NCBI RefSeq assembly: GCF_009834535.1
Contig: NC_045698.1
Span: 14,634,001-14,698,000 of the forward strand
Length of the DNA: 64,000 bases
Source: Camelus ferus
Lineage: Eukaryota
Direction of reading: 5' to 3'
The translations under genes were made by a program, and so were the position numbers. The notes beneath the pieces are model-generated. The model made no database searches and was not told the origin of the DNA. It saw nothing but the letters and a program-made list of their open reading frames with translations. Positions 11,400-24,522 of the stretch are shown here, piece after piece. Position 1 is the stretch's first letter. The number at the start of each line of letters is the position of its first letter.

Positions 11400-14012
11400 C
11401 ATCACAAAATCTTTCTTTCTTCCATCTTTTCACTGAACGTGCCCTTAACAATTTTGCTCTAATGGCTGCCTGGACCTCTCCTGAGGACACGACGGACTTC
11501 CCCTGTGCAGCTCTTAACTGGTAGAGGATTTCGGTTGTTTTATTTTTGTTTCCTCTCTAATTCTCTTATCACCGAGCTTGCGAGTGGGTTTTCTTGCTCT
11601 TTCCAGTCTATTCTCTGTCCTGCACTGAGATTTGAAGCCCCTGTTATCAGATATGATCACTTAGGACCTTTCATCATTGCATCATCTGCTGATACCCGGG
11701 GCTCTCACAGACTCTTACTGTCTCTAATTCCCATCTCACTGTTTCCTTTGCCTGCCAGAATTCTTGATGATTTCAATGTCAGAGTGAACAGAAATCCTAA
11801 CCACACTGTGACTCCTCAGTTTCTTAAACTACTGTGAACTTGCCTGGCATCCACCCCGGGCCACTCAGCCCCACGGTTATGACCCAGTCCCCGCCATTAC
11901 CTATAATGGCGATTCCTCCATAATCTCAATTTCACGCATCACCCTCTGTCAGCTGGAATTCCTGACTTCTTGCTCATACTCACTGCCTTCAGCAACCCCA
12001 CTCCGAGAGGCCATCGTGCCACCGGGACGTATATTTATTGATCCCACAGTATTTTCACTTTCCCTCATCAACCTTACATATTTCTCTTCCATAAAAAACA
12101 AGTTTAAATTACATGGTCAGTTGTTATAATGACTCCCCTGCCTGTTCTCTCAACTATACACCACTCTTCTTCAGTTTTGTTATGCAACTTGGCTACACCT
12201 TGGCTCTAATTAAATAACTCTTCACCAATCCAGTCCTGACTCTGAGCACCGATGCAACTGGAGAAAAGCACATAGCTGTGCTGCCTGATCTCGTTTCACA
12301 GTCTCCTTAAATCTTAAGGAAATTCAATTTCCTATTCTTTTTCCTCCTGATCTTTTTTTTTTATTGAAGGATGGTCAGTTACAACGTGTCAGACAAGGTG
12401 GGAAGGGATAAATCAGGAGTTTGAAATTTGCAAATATTAACTACCATGTATAAAATAGATTTAAAAAAATCCCTCCTACTCTTTTCAATGATGGTTCTGT
12501 ATCTTTTCTGCTCTCTTCAAATATTCCTCGTCTCCTCCCCCATACTCCCATGAAGCTGGTGAACTTGTTTCTTAATTTGCTGAGAAATGAAGTCCAATCA
12601 CCTGTCCTCACATCCGTGGACCTGTTAGCATTTATCCCTGTACACTCTGCTTTCCTTCCCGTTAGTATGTTAAAGGCCAACACCTCCACTTATGTATTGT
12701 TGGCAAAGCCCTCTCACTAGGGTCTTGACTTCTACGCAATATCTTTGGCCAAAGAAAAAGGCTCCTCTTCCTTCAAATGGACCCAGCCCTTTGCTGAGGT
12801 GCAAATGCTAACAATAAGCATGAGCTAGATGGCTGCTCCTACTTGCCTCCTGGATTCAGCACCTCCATGTGCTGCCCGCCTCTCCCAGAGGGGACCCATC
12901 TCTTTCCTGCTCAGGGATGTCACTGGTAATTCTGCACTCCATTTCCAGTGCATCACTGTCCTCTCTCCACTAGGTCACTCCTATCCTGCTGTTATTTATT
13001 CTACCCTAAAAATACAATCCCTTGTGACCCACCTCCTCCTCCACCACCTCCTCCTCATCATTTCTATTGCCCCAATTACAGCTAAAATTATTCTGAGTTC
13101 TTCAGACTCGTTGTCATTCTGCTTTCCCCATCTCTCTTAAATCCACTGCAAGTGAGCATTCTCCTCTTCCATCCCATGGAAACTATTTTTAGTGAGGTCA
13201 TCAAGGTTTTCTCCTGATAAAGGCAAGGCCAGTTCTCAAAACTTATATATTTTTGATGTGTTGATAGCTCTCTTCCTGTAAATGCAGCTGCATAAATGCC
13301 ACCCTCTGTGTGTTTGACCCAGTCACTCCTCACCACTTTTCACTGCTGTCACGCCGCAGTGGTCCAGCTACCATCCTATAGAATTTGAATTATGGCAGTA
13401 GCTTCTTAACTGATTCAGTCTATGCGACACTTCAAGGGTATGCATCACAAATCATGAGTATGACTTTAATATACACATCGACAAAGTTACTTTCTGTTCT
13501 CAACTCTCACTGTTTCCCTATAACGCAGAGCAAAAAGTGAAGTCTTTACTTGTAATCTTTGCAAAGAATAGCTTCATTACCTCTCAGATCTAATTTCCTT
13601 TCTCTCAAACTTGCTAACTCTAATCTCCTATCACAGGTAGATAATACTGACTATTTTCTCTAAATTTGTTTCTCTTCCTTCAGGTATTTCCAAAACTTAC
13701 TCCCTCACCTCCTTCAAGTCTTCCCTTAAATAACCATCACCTTCCCTGTGAAGCTTCTTCTGACCAAACTGTAGAATTGCTTCTCTCCACCAGGGCTCCC
13801 ATCAGCTTGCCCTGCTTTACTTTTCTTCTGAAAACTTACCACTTTTCTACATGTTACACTTACCAACTCCCTTACTTTCTAGAATGTAATTTCATTAACA
13901 GGGAGGGTTTTTTGGTTTTGCTTTTGGTTTTTGTTTTTTTCTGTTTATTGCCATACCTTCTACAGTCCCTAAAAGAATGCCAGGCACATAATAGATAGTA
14001 AATAAAACTTCA
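11400..14012 (+). mobile_element. Long L2 LINE remnant (endonuclease, RT start, 3' end) with nested insertions
   Basis: ILDDFNVRVN (~11760) is a decayed AP-endonuclease GDFN motif. NPLQ...HPMET...EVIK (13140-13205) is a decayed NPLQSGFRxxHSTET motif. L2 3' end 'aatgccaggcacataatagatagtaaataaaac' at ~13975-14010. Confidence 0.85.
12353..12470 (-). mobile_element. Short 5'-inverted L1 3'UTR insertion
   Basis: 12353-12391 is an L1 tail plus poly(A) on the minus strand. 12391-12470 is upstream L1 3'UTR on the plus strand. TSD cctcctgatctttt / cctcctactctttt. Both parts are homologous to the L1 3'UTR at 53060-53300. Confidence 0.85.
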
Positions 14013-14352
14013 CTGAGCTGGACTGGAGTCTCTTTTTCAGTCTTCTGGCTACGTCAACAATAATGTGAACAAGTCATCTTTAATCTAGTATCTTCATAAT
14101 TTTCTGATGTATTCTAGTTTATGTAAGTTTTTTTAATCTTAAAAAAAGAAAACTAGACATGTGTTATCATATGATACTTCAGCTAATGACAGTAATCAGC
14201 ACAGCTATCTTTAATGATAAACTTCTAAGGGAGTGGGTTTTAGAAGTCTGAGTTTATGCATCAATTTTTAAATGATTTGAATTCCACGTATAGTTCATAG
14301 TTTTATCCAATGACATACCGCCTTTGAGTTATGTTCTAAAGTTTCTTGACTT

Positions 14353-14390
14353 AAAAAAAAAAAAAAGAGAGAGAGCGAGAGAGAGAGATA
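14353..14390. repeat. Poly(A) followed by (AG)n microsatellite
   Basis: aaaaaaaaaaaaagagagagagcgagagagagagat seen directly. Confidence 0.9.
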
Positions 14391-14392
14391 AA

Positions 14393-14592
14393 AGCCAATG
14401 TAAACTATGGACTTTGAGTGATAATGATGTGCCAATGTAGGTTCATCGACTGTAACACACATGACTCTGGTAAGAGGCATCAGGGGAGGCTGTGCGTTTG
14501 TGGGAACAGGGAGCAATGAGAACTCTACACTTTCCTTTCATTTTTGCTATGAACCTAAAACTGCTCTAAAATAAATTGCATCAATTAAAAAG
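14393..14592 (+). mobile_element. L1MC-type 3' end
   Basis: 'aatgtaaactatggactttgagtgataatgatgtg...tttttgctatgaacctaaaactgctctaaaataaa' is characteristic of the L1MC1/2 3' terminus. Confidence 0.85.
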
Positions 14593-14984
14593 AGGAGAGA
14601 AATAAGTGAGTATGTCTGTGGATTCAATTTGGAAATGATTAAGTTTGGCAGTTATATACCACCTCTGACTGAAAATTAGCAGAAACTGAGAGGTTAGTGT
14701 ATGTCCTTCCCAATTAGAAAAGATTAAGCTTCAACTTTGACCAGGGTGCTGTGTTTGACTTAATCACCTGTGTTCCCTGAGGTACTCAGTTGTTAATAAA
14801 GCATAACAATATGTGATATTATTTTGCACCATTTTATTACATGACATGGATCTTTTTGATACACAGATCCATGCAGGACACATAATCAAATTTTTACTGC
14901 CTGCTCTTCACCTTTTATCTACACTATTCTTTATAAATGTATTTTTATTTTAAGCAATGTATATACTATTTTTAAATTAGTAAT

Positions 14985-15220
14985 ATCATGTGTTAAGCAT
15001 TTGCCATAGTAAAGGCATTGTAATCAGCACACTTCAACCCATTTGTATATATTCATACAAGAGCTATAAGTAGGCATTAATATTAAATTTTTACCTAAAG
15101 AAAGTTAGCCTTAAAGCATTAAGTAACTCTATCAGGATTCTGTATATGATGAGCTGTAAAGATGAGATTCAATCATAAGACTGTCTAACGCTACAGAATC
15201 TTTATGTTCTTAATGCTTCG
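14985..15220 (-). mobile_element. MIR SINE (degraded)
   Basis: 'gttaagcatttgccatagt...ctataagtaggcattaatatt...aagtaactc...gagattcaatcataagactgtctaac' follows the antisense MIR layout. Confidence 0.6.
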
Positions 15221-16169
15221 TTATACTTAATACAACTCTACTGAAGTTATTTATTAAACAAATAAAATGGCAAGTAGAAAATAAAAGATATTCATGCTCA
15301 GTAAGTCAAGCAACTGTTGAAATTTCAATATATATCTTTCTAAATTTATGTTGAACTCTGTGTAATTTGTAATACTAGCATACTACTTAATATATTATTT
15401 TGTGACAGAACTTTTATACTTAACTGGTTACTCTGAGTTTTTCAAACTGACTGTGTTACTTCAGCTGTATTTTTATGTCATTCCATTACACGAATGTGCC
15501 ACAGCTTCATTAATTTCCTGTTTTGGGCATTTTGTCCCCTATCTTACTATTACAAATAATTTTGTGATTGATGATTTTTCTTATATCTTTGTTCACTTCA
15601 CTTGCATTTCTTATCATGTCCTCAGAATAAATTTATACTATTATTTTTTTCATACATGAATGTCTCTGTGGCTTTCTACATAAATTCCTCAAGTATCTCC
15701 CAGAATGGATCCATTACCGGTTTCAACAACAGTGTGTGACTTTTTATTTTCTATAGTTTTTCCAAAGCTAGGTGTTATTACTTGTTTTGTTGGAGTTGTG
15801 CTGGTTTTGCTTGATCATTTTGATGAGAGCATTTCCATCATCTGACGAACTTACTTGTTTCCAATCAATATGAGAGGAAACATATCCGTGAGGTTGCATG
15901 TCATCCGTGTTCCTGCGTGCTTTTTTGATTATACTGTTCTTTTTTTCTTATCTGACTCAACTGTTTCCTTATGATTTGTAAAGGATGTTTCATAGTAAGA
16001 ATGTTTTTTGGCTTGGCATATAATTGGTGGACCTTTTTATCCTCCAAGTCTGTGAAAGCACCAATGTGTTTATTCATGTTGTTTTGTGAAATCGAGAACT
16101 TAATATTTATGTAGCCAGATCTTTTTGGTATCTTATTTTTGTGCTTAGAAAGATCACGTTTCCTGAGCT

Positions 16170-16645
16170 GACACTCTCTTCCTGCTTACTTCTTTCTTAG
16201 AGACTTACTTCTCCCGGCCTTTCTGAGGGGATGCGTACATGGTGCCCTGCACTGGGCCTTTGCTGGCCAGTCAGTTCTTATTCCTGGAATTTAGGAATTG
16301 GTTTTCGGAGACTTAGTTAACTTATGTAACGTTGGCCGGTGAAACCATAGGACTGGAGGAATCATTTTCCATCATGAAACTGGCCTACAGACCAACAGAG
16401 AAATACAATAATAAAGTAAATGCTTAAAAGGAAGTGGTGATAGGTTTTATGCCTCAAGGAGAGAACGTCAATCAGGGAAGGCAGCTGCTATGTCTCCTGG
16501 TGGATGTTGAGACATTTGCTGTTTATTGAGAGGAGGGAGCCGTGTTTGCTGAGACGTACCCTTTCTCATTCCAATCAATTTTGCTTGTTCACTTAGGTTA
16601 ATATTATGGATTCTTTTCTCTGTAACTAAATCATCTCTAATGAAG
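16170..16645 (+). mobile_element. Old MLT1-family LTR
   Basis: 'ccagtcagttcttattcctggaattt', 'cattttccatcatg' and terminal 'cttaggttaatattatggattcttttctctgtaactaaatcatctctaatg'. Confidence 0.5.
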
Positions 16646-16799
16646 TTTCACTCAACATGTATTTTTTGGATTTTTCTTCTCATTTGTTTTGTACTGTTTG
16701 TTCTTACAGCAGGGCTACATTAGTTTAAGTAGCATAACCTCCCAGGACACTTGAATGTCCTCCAGTAGAAGTCATCGTCATATGTTTCTATGAATATTC

Positions 16800-16800
16800 C

Positions 16801-16844
<44 letters not shown>

Positions 16845-16850
16845 CACATA
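16800..16850. repeat. (TA)n(TG)n microsatellite
   Basis: tatatatatgtgtgtg...tgtatatacaca; about 15 TG units. Confidence 0.95.
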
Positions 16851-17074
16851 CTTATAAAATATATAATACCTTCATATTTCCAGAAGAATTTCAATATATT
16901 TTTATCTTTTTGCAAAATTAAAACAAAATCCAATAAGATTCTGATTATATTCTAATGTGTAACACAATTCAGTAGGAGTAAAGGTTTTGTAACATTTAAT
17001 TTTTCATACAAACAAAAAATATCTTCCTGCATTCATTTTGAGATTTTTCATTATTCATGCATGTATCATCAAAG

Positions 17075-17375
17075 TTACAACAAACATTTACTGAGTCCCT
17101 GTTCCAGGCCTTGGCCAGGGTAATGAATGAATAGAGATGAGAATAAGATAGACACACTCCCAGACTACAGAGAATTGACGTCTAGAAGGGAGGTCAGACA
17201 TTAGACAGTCATTTAATGAAATGACTCTGGAGAGGAAATAGAGACTAAATGATTCCAGCCTTCAACAGTCAAGTTAAGAGTTTCAGTGTTCATAACAATA
17301 GTAATGAAAGTCATTGATGACAGGTTTTAAGCAGAGAAGCGATATGATCAAATTTGTATAGGATGTATTCATGAC
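17075..17375 (-). mobile_element. L2 3' end
   Basis: 'caacaaacatttactgagtccctg...gagaattgacgtctagaagggaggtcagaca...aggttttaagcagagaagcgatatgatcaaatttg'. Confidence 0.8.
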
Positions 17376-17649
17376 TACTTATATTTTGGTACTGTTTTTT
17401 GTATTATAATTTCAACTGCTTTACATAGGAAAGTATTGATTTTGAAAGGTTCTGTGTTGTTTATTTGTAGTTATTATAACTTCTAATTTTTAAAATTTTT
17501 CATCTGAATAGCCTAGGTAGATAAAAATGTAAACATAATAATATTGCATATTTTTATATACAAACCCAATGAGAATAGGCTTCTTCATTTTTCCTAAGAT
17601 CACCTCTAGTTTTCCCCTGTTCTAGTGGGTATCTTTTACTTATTACATT

Positions 17650-17900
17650 ATTCAAGGTTGAGTCAGGAAAAAAATAGCCTGTAATGGTATTTCAGAGAGA
17701 AATACATTTAATACAGGGCACTGGAGGCTTATATAACCACCGGGATGGCTGAAGTACTGAAGATCAAGTAGACCATTAAGAGGAAATTCAGTTGTGCCCA
17801 GAGTCATGCAAGTGGTCACAATGATGCCAGCTGTCTGCAAAACCAAATCACACGTTTCTCAGGAGAACACTTTAGAAGAATACCATGAGAAAGGCCAACT
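17650..17900 (-). mobile_element. Ancient MaLR/ERVL-like LTR fragment
   Basis: 'agtcaggaaaaaaatagcc...ggtatttcagagagaaatacatttaatacaggg' resembles the antisense terminus of old LTRs. Confidence 0.4.
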
Positions 17901-18149
17901 AGTCAGTAATCTCAACTACTTTCTGTAACAGAATTCTAAATTTCCTTTTGGGAGAAATTCTTGACTTACTTTTAGTTCATGTAACTTAAACAGACTTGAA
18001 ATCTCAAATCTTGTTTCTATTAGTAAGGATTTTACCAGTGACTGGCTTTTAGAAGTTTGCATTGTTCTGATCACCCTGAGCGGTTGAGAGTTCAGCATAT
18101 TATTAAGTCAGGTCAACTAGTTCCTACCTTTTAAATTTTACTGAGATGA

Positions 18150-18410
18150 ACTATGTTCACTGGACTTACTTATTTAACAGAAGGTGAATCTTAGACTGAT
18201 GCTGACCGTCATTATCACCACATGGGAAAACTGAATAGAAGATCAATGTAAAGGAAACAATCTAAATTTGAAGGCTTTTCTGAACAACTGATTTCAGCAA
18301 TATTGGGAGCTAAGTTTAGAACTGTATTTCCGGATTATATCATTAAGTTTTGCTTAAGCCAACTGAGTTAGATTTCTTCATTCCCACTGAAAGGAACCCA
18401 ATTATTATAG
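18150..18410 (+). mobile_element. Old MLT1-family LTR 3' part
   Basis: 'tttgcttaagccaactgagttagatttcttcattcccactgaaaggaaccc' is an MLT1 terminal motif. Confidence 0.6.
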
Positions 18411-21400
18411 CTTTTAAATGTACTTTTTATTCTTTTTATAAAAGACTTAACTTTCTATTATTATAACCAGGATTTCTGCATCCACATTACATGGTTAGAA
18501 TATTTTGTGCTGCCATTTTAAAGTTTCATATGATGTTAGAACAATAATGTTACATAAATTGTCAAGTTCTCTAACTTTTCTCAGTTTAAAAACTTTCTAT
18601 AGATTGAAATTTTTTTTCAATTAAAATTTTTTTTCAATTAAATAAGTTTAATGTAATACTATCTATTATGAGGCATCTGTTTACAGATAAATTCTTTAGA
18701 AATTTAAAATTATATTTCAAAGTTACCATTTTGTTTAGGTTTTCTATCATTTACTGAATCTGTTTTTGAAATTCACATTGTCCTCTTCACAGAGATTTTC
18801 AACTATTTAGCTTAGCAACTGATTACTTAACTTTCCTCGTATTTGTTCTGCTGTGTTTTTCAGTTTATTATACTTACAGGATTTTAGGAATGTTACAGTA
18901 GTTTTTCCCCTATAGTGTCCAGTGGGAGGGAGCAAGTGTACAAACAGAACTCCTACAGAAGAGAATTTCCCATTAGGAAAAAATAGTGAGTGAAACCTTT
19001 CAAAGGCTCACACGATGCACAGATGTCAAATGGGAGAAGGTTGCTAAGGTGTGATTCTGGTGCCGGAATTATTTTTGAAAACTGAGTATATAACTCTATA
19101 TATAGTTAGAAATAGACATAGACATATAGTAAGTCGCATTCTTGCCACGTTCATAAACTATTAGATTTCAGCATTTGGAAGCTCACTACATCCTAAGATC
19201 ACTCTACAGTCACAAGATATCAGAAGGCTTATTTTATTTTAAAGTGTGGAAATATATACCCTAAGGAAAATTTCACAATGCTTTCATTTTTTAACTGTCT
19301 CAAGTATATATTCTGTGATTATGAATGTGAAATTATAAATTGTGTATCCCTATATGTACTACTTTATTAAATATTGCACAGTGTTTTAAATCACATGGCA
19401 TGTTCCAGACAATATTACATGATATCTCAGATTTTGAAAGCATAAAGGTAAATAACACTTGTTTAATTTTCATAGATTTTTTTCGACCTCAAATCAGGAT
19501 TCTAATGTCAACCCTGATCTCGAGACACCGTAGCAGTCTACTCAAGCTGGTCACTGAGTTTGAAGTTGCCTTTCATGCTAGCATATCTCTCATGGGCTGA
19601 TTGGCTCTGCTGCCTGTCATTCCTATGGGTGTAATTTCTTTCTTTATATCTTGCACTTCTGGAAATGTCATATATTTTGTTTCAGGGAAAAGATATTTTT
19701 ATCCCTTTCAAATTTCAACATGTTAGAGTAATTTTCAAAAGACATATCCTAGAGCTATAAAATATATTAACGGAATTCTAAATGTTTGCTAGTCATTGAA
19801 AATACTTTTATCTGTATTTTTAAGTACTTGGGCACCACTTAAAATGTTGAAGCCTGTGACAGTGTTTCAACTAGGTCTATAAACACACATAACAATAGTA
19901 CAATCATGTTAAAAATGCTTTGGTTCCTGAAGAACCACTTAAAGCATTTTCAGGTACCCTTTCAAGACATTTCTTCTGACAAGATAAGGCCAGTCTTTCA
20001 GTATGTTCAGCATGGTGTGATATGCAGGGAATCTGGATGTCTTGAAACTAACTTCATAATGGGAGTTTTCAAAATTTAGAGCAAAGGATAATATCAAAAA
20101 CATGATGAGATAACTTCTTCATGGCTTTCCATCTATTGAAACTATTGCTTCCCTAGAATACTCAAAACAAACAACATGTATGCTGGATTTAGAACTTAAG
20201 CGTTTCTTGTTGACAAGATATAGGCAATTGACATGTTGTGTATGCATATGTGTGTTTATTAAAAATTGAAATTACTACTTGAAAGGGAAATAATAAAATC
20301 AGCTGCTCTTAATTTCTAAATAAAAATTACAGTTATGTGAATCCAAGACATCAGGGAATGAGGCCAATGTTGCCTGAAAACATGCCTTCTTATAGAAATA
20401 TTTATTAAGTGGCAATCATGTAACAAATTAAATGTGTTTTTAATTTCCATATGTTAATTTTCATGACAAACTGTTTTTCATACATTTATGTATTAACATT
20501 ACTTCTTGAGTAGAAAAATTGAGTTACTAAATACTGACTTCATATATTCCAGATTTAGCTAATAGTACTCTGTACCTACTTTGGAAAATAAACAAATGAC
20601 TCTAAAAGATGACAATATATTCATTTTTAAAGATGACGAGATAGCAGATTTTAGTAAATTAGCCACCATCAAATGGCTAATAGTGTAGTAGTGAGTACTG
20701 AATGTTTTGATACTCAAGTAGCAAAACTCAAATTCTAGTAAATAAATGACTTCTATTTAAAGTTTTAGATAGGTAATTGCATCATTCAGAAGTTTTTCTT
20801 TGTAAAAATACTCTTTTGTAAGAGCTTAAAGGTTTGGATTACTGATGTGGCATGTAAGTTTATCTAACTTACAAATAATTTTAATACATCTATAATACTA
20901 ATTATATCCTCGTTCAAGATAAAAAGTATTTTCCCAGATCCTTTTGACTCTGATTCTTATATTTTTACTTATAGTTATGCCTTAGATTACAAAAAAATTA
21001 CAATTTTTCTCAAAGTTAATAGAGGTTCTAGAGCTCTGGATGGATATGTCTTGGCAATTTGTTTTTGAAACAGTGTGGAATTCTTCAGCTAATAACAAAG
21101 CATGCAAGACAAAACAAACCATGGTTACTTTGGAAACTGAAAATTTTAACTTTTATTTAGGCTTTCTTTAAGGCTTTTATGAGTCTTGTTTGTATTCTAA
21201 CATTCATGTTATCTTCTCCACAATCAGATTCAACTTCCCTAAAATGTCCCAGGGGAACACTGAAATATTGTTTTTATATACAAACTAGAAAGGTCTTTTT
21301 CTATATGCTCCAATCTATCTGAGAAAGCTTTAAGTAAGTAGTGAAATAAAAATCACTTCTTGCTACAGACTGATAGACCAGTACTTTTTTGCTAGATAAT

Positions 21401-21859
21401 AGTTTGGACTTACACATGCATGCACCCTCCCAGGCCAATTGTTTATGATCAAAAGATGGTAGAAATTAATGGCAATCACTATAGTATATCACTTCATAGC
21501 ATGTTCATGGACCTCAATGGTAATGGATTTGAACTGTTTCCTTTTTCTTGTAAGTGATAGCCAAAGAGATTATGTATGTGACTTTCCAGAACGAGAGACC
21601 CAGAAAACGTGATGGCTTAGTTCTCCTAAATCAAGGTACAATGTACAGATTTAATTGTTTCACTAGCCAACTTCAGTGTAAAGAGTGGAGAACACGTAGG
21701 TGAATAATCAACTAATGAAGAAAAAGAGAAAATGGGGATGTGTTGATACAAACACCTTAAAAGTCTGCATAGATAGAGTAAGGCAGTCATGAGCAAGTTG
21801 TACAGAAGTCTAAATAATAGCTCAAGATGAGGGTAAGTGAGGACAAGATGCTGTCTGTC

Positions 21860-22080
21860 GGGGACTGAGTGATTAACAGGCTGAAGTTTGAGGTCAAACT
21901 CTAAATCTGCAGTTCAGTAGCTGCCTGATTCTGGGCAAAATTACTTTATTCTTTATGCTGTGCTTTTCCATATTCACAAAATCATCTCACATTTCTAACT
22001 TCATAGAATTCACGTAGGTGAGGAGTGAGAGCATGAAAAAGATAGCCCTCAATACATTTTAGCTCTTCTCATAATTATCT
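21860..22080 (+). mobile_element. MIR SINE (degraded)
   Basis: 'agtagctgcctgattctgggcaaaattacttt...ttttccatattcacaaaat...taacttcatagaatt'. Confidence 0.6.
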
Positions 22081-23814
22081 CCCCACTGAATAATTTGGGG
22101 ATCACAAAATGTTACGTGATGAGGTAGCCTTAACATTTTGAGGTATTTGAATGAAAAGCAGGTAGATCCTTTCACAAAATCATTAAAGGACTTCAAAGTA
22201 ATATTCATTTTATTTACATATCACGACTATTTGTAAATTAAAATATATATGCAATTGTAGTGTAGCCTGAAGGTGTATATAACATTTAAAATTTTTCAGT
22301 ACTTCATGCAAGTCAGAATTCTACTGAGAACATTATAAAACCTGTTTAATGTTTTTCCTATAATGTTTAAGTGTATTCTGTGCCTTATTATTAATCTAGA
22401 AAGGTTTGGGTAAACTATTACCTAAAATTTTCACCATTTTTTCATGTATCAATTTCCTGAACTTCCAATTATACTTCTGCCAAAAAAACTAGGGAACTGA
22501 TATACGTGCATGATAAATTTAATAATTCTTAACTTTAACACAGGAAAATTTTAGATAAGGGGGACTCACCTTTGTAACAACTGCAGATGAGTTTTTACTT
22601 AAATATTGGATTCCAGTTGTCATAATATCCAGTCTCCCTATGCTTTCTAACTTAATTTCTACTGAGTTGATCATCTATTTATTTTATTTTCTATAATACA
22701 GTAGTCATGTCTTATTTTCATTTTATTCCAGATTGGATTTCTTTCTACTTCATAGAAAAACCCGAGCCTGTTTAGCAAATTTTTGATAAAACAGTCATTT
22801 GTATATTCTGAGAGCCATACAGCACCTCCCTTTGGGGATAGAGTCTTAACCAGTCTTATTAAACAGTAGCCTTAATGTTTACCTAAATAAAACTGTAATT
22901 AAATATAGTGATATATTTTACACAATAATATATTTTCCAAAAGTGCATTTTAAGTGATTATTTGATTATAGAGTGCTTTGGTATTCAGTGTCACCTTGAC
23001 CTACCTTAGGAAAGATAATTAAAAATTGACTGCTTATAGACAAGTTCAGCATTCAAGATTAGCAGTGATTTTAGTTGTATAACTATTGTAATTTAAAATA
23101 ACACACTTTACCACTGAGATATTTTGTATTTCTTGAATTTCTCCTAGAAAAATTGTGGAAAGGTTACTAGAAATACAAAAACTAAGGGTGTTCATGGAAA
23201 AATGCAGTTTTTTGCTTCATGACATCTTAAATGTTATAGGCGTGAAATATCATTTGTAAAGTTTCATTTTTAGGTTTATGTGGGGTTAACTTTGTCTTTA
23301 AATTTGACAAGAAAGGTTGTTCTTGGCAAAGTTCTATGTAAATAAGTAAATGGTATAACCATAGAAAAATATATGTAAGCTGTATTTATGTAAGATGTTT
23401 CAAGCACTGGTAGTTATGCAAATAATAACACATTAATAATATTAGAATATATAAAGTAATATTACATCACATTATTAAATGTGTCAAATATATTAATCCC
23501 TTACTTTTTTTAACAATATCATTAAACCTATTTGCAGAAATGTTTTGATGGCTCATACATTCCTAAATGAGTGTTTTTGTGTTCATGGCTGGACATAATT
23601 AATTTATTTACTTTGAAAAGGATAGATATATGACAACAGCCTCTAAGAAAATAAATTGGCATTTGATTAAAGAAAGTTGAAAAACACACTTAAGTAGATA
23701 ATAAAGAGTTAAAACCAAAATTGTTTGTCATGTACTTATGGAAATTCTTCATGTCTAGAAACTATATGAAACATATAGGTTTGGTTTGGTTTTTCATTCT
23801 CCCTGTTTTCTGTT

Positions 23815-24285
23815 TGTGGAAATAAACAAAGACTCCCCAAATGAGAACAGACAGAGGCTATTCACTCATGGCTTGCAATAGCTAGGGAGTCCGCTACCAT
23901 CATTTGCTTTTGGCAGAGACACAAAGGCCAGCAGGAGAGGTTGAGAGCTTTACAGTTACATAGCGGAAGGCTTCAGTGTGTTCTGAACAGGTGTTGTTGG
24001 GAAGGAGAAGCTGAAGGCAGGGTAACTAGAAGTGATGTGTCTTATATGATTGGTTTGTGAGTGGATTTGACCTTCTCTGGTTGGTCCTGAGTTATAATAA
24101 GCATGGGAATAAAAAAAAAAAAATACTGGATATCTGGCAGTCCTCCATCAGGTCCTGATTGTCCTGGGTCAGTCGCTGTGAAGAGTGTGGTTTGGCTTGT
24201 CAGACTGGTGCTGCAGAAGCTGTAGGTCAGAGTTCAGTTGTTACACCCGGTCTGGCCATTATCCGTTTGCATATTCAGTCCCTTA
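23815..24285 (-). mobile_element. ERV1-class solo LTR (MER90/MER110-like)
   Basis: Minus strand starts 'taagggactgaatatgcaaacggataatggccagacc...gaactctgacctacagcttctgcagcaccag' and ends '...tttatttccaca'. Flanks tgtt / tatt look like a degenerate 4-bp TSD. Confidence 0.75.
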
Positions 24286-24522
24286 TATTACATCTGACTG
24301 GAGACTGGTTATGTGTACTATTATTTTTCTCAAATAAAATGGTTTCTTCAGAGATAGATAAATAATTCTAAATAATTCCCAACTTGAAGTGAATGAAATG
24401 GACCATACAATGAAAACAAACAAAACAATATCATGAGACAAAACTGGACATAGTCCAAACTGAGTGTGGACATTTGAAGTGTGAAGGAAGAGGGTGAAGG
24501 CAGAGCAGGAACAAGAGCAATG

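Larger units (their letters stand above)
15300..17060 (-). mobile_element. Very old L1 (L1ME-like) fragments, interrupted by an MLT1 LTR
   Basis: T-rich antisense L1 texture ('ttactattacaaataattttgtgatt', 'ccagaagaatttcaatatatt'). Boundaries approximate. Confidence 0.5.

Noticed and set aside
22562..22650. Strong minus-strand donor AAG|GTGAGT with a short open frame
   Set aside because: No polypyrimidine acceptor upstream on the minus strand, and the peptide is unrecognisable.
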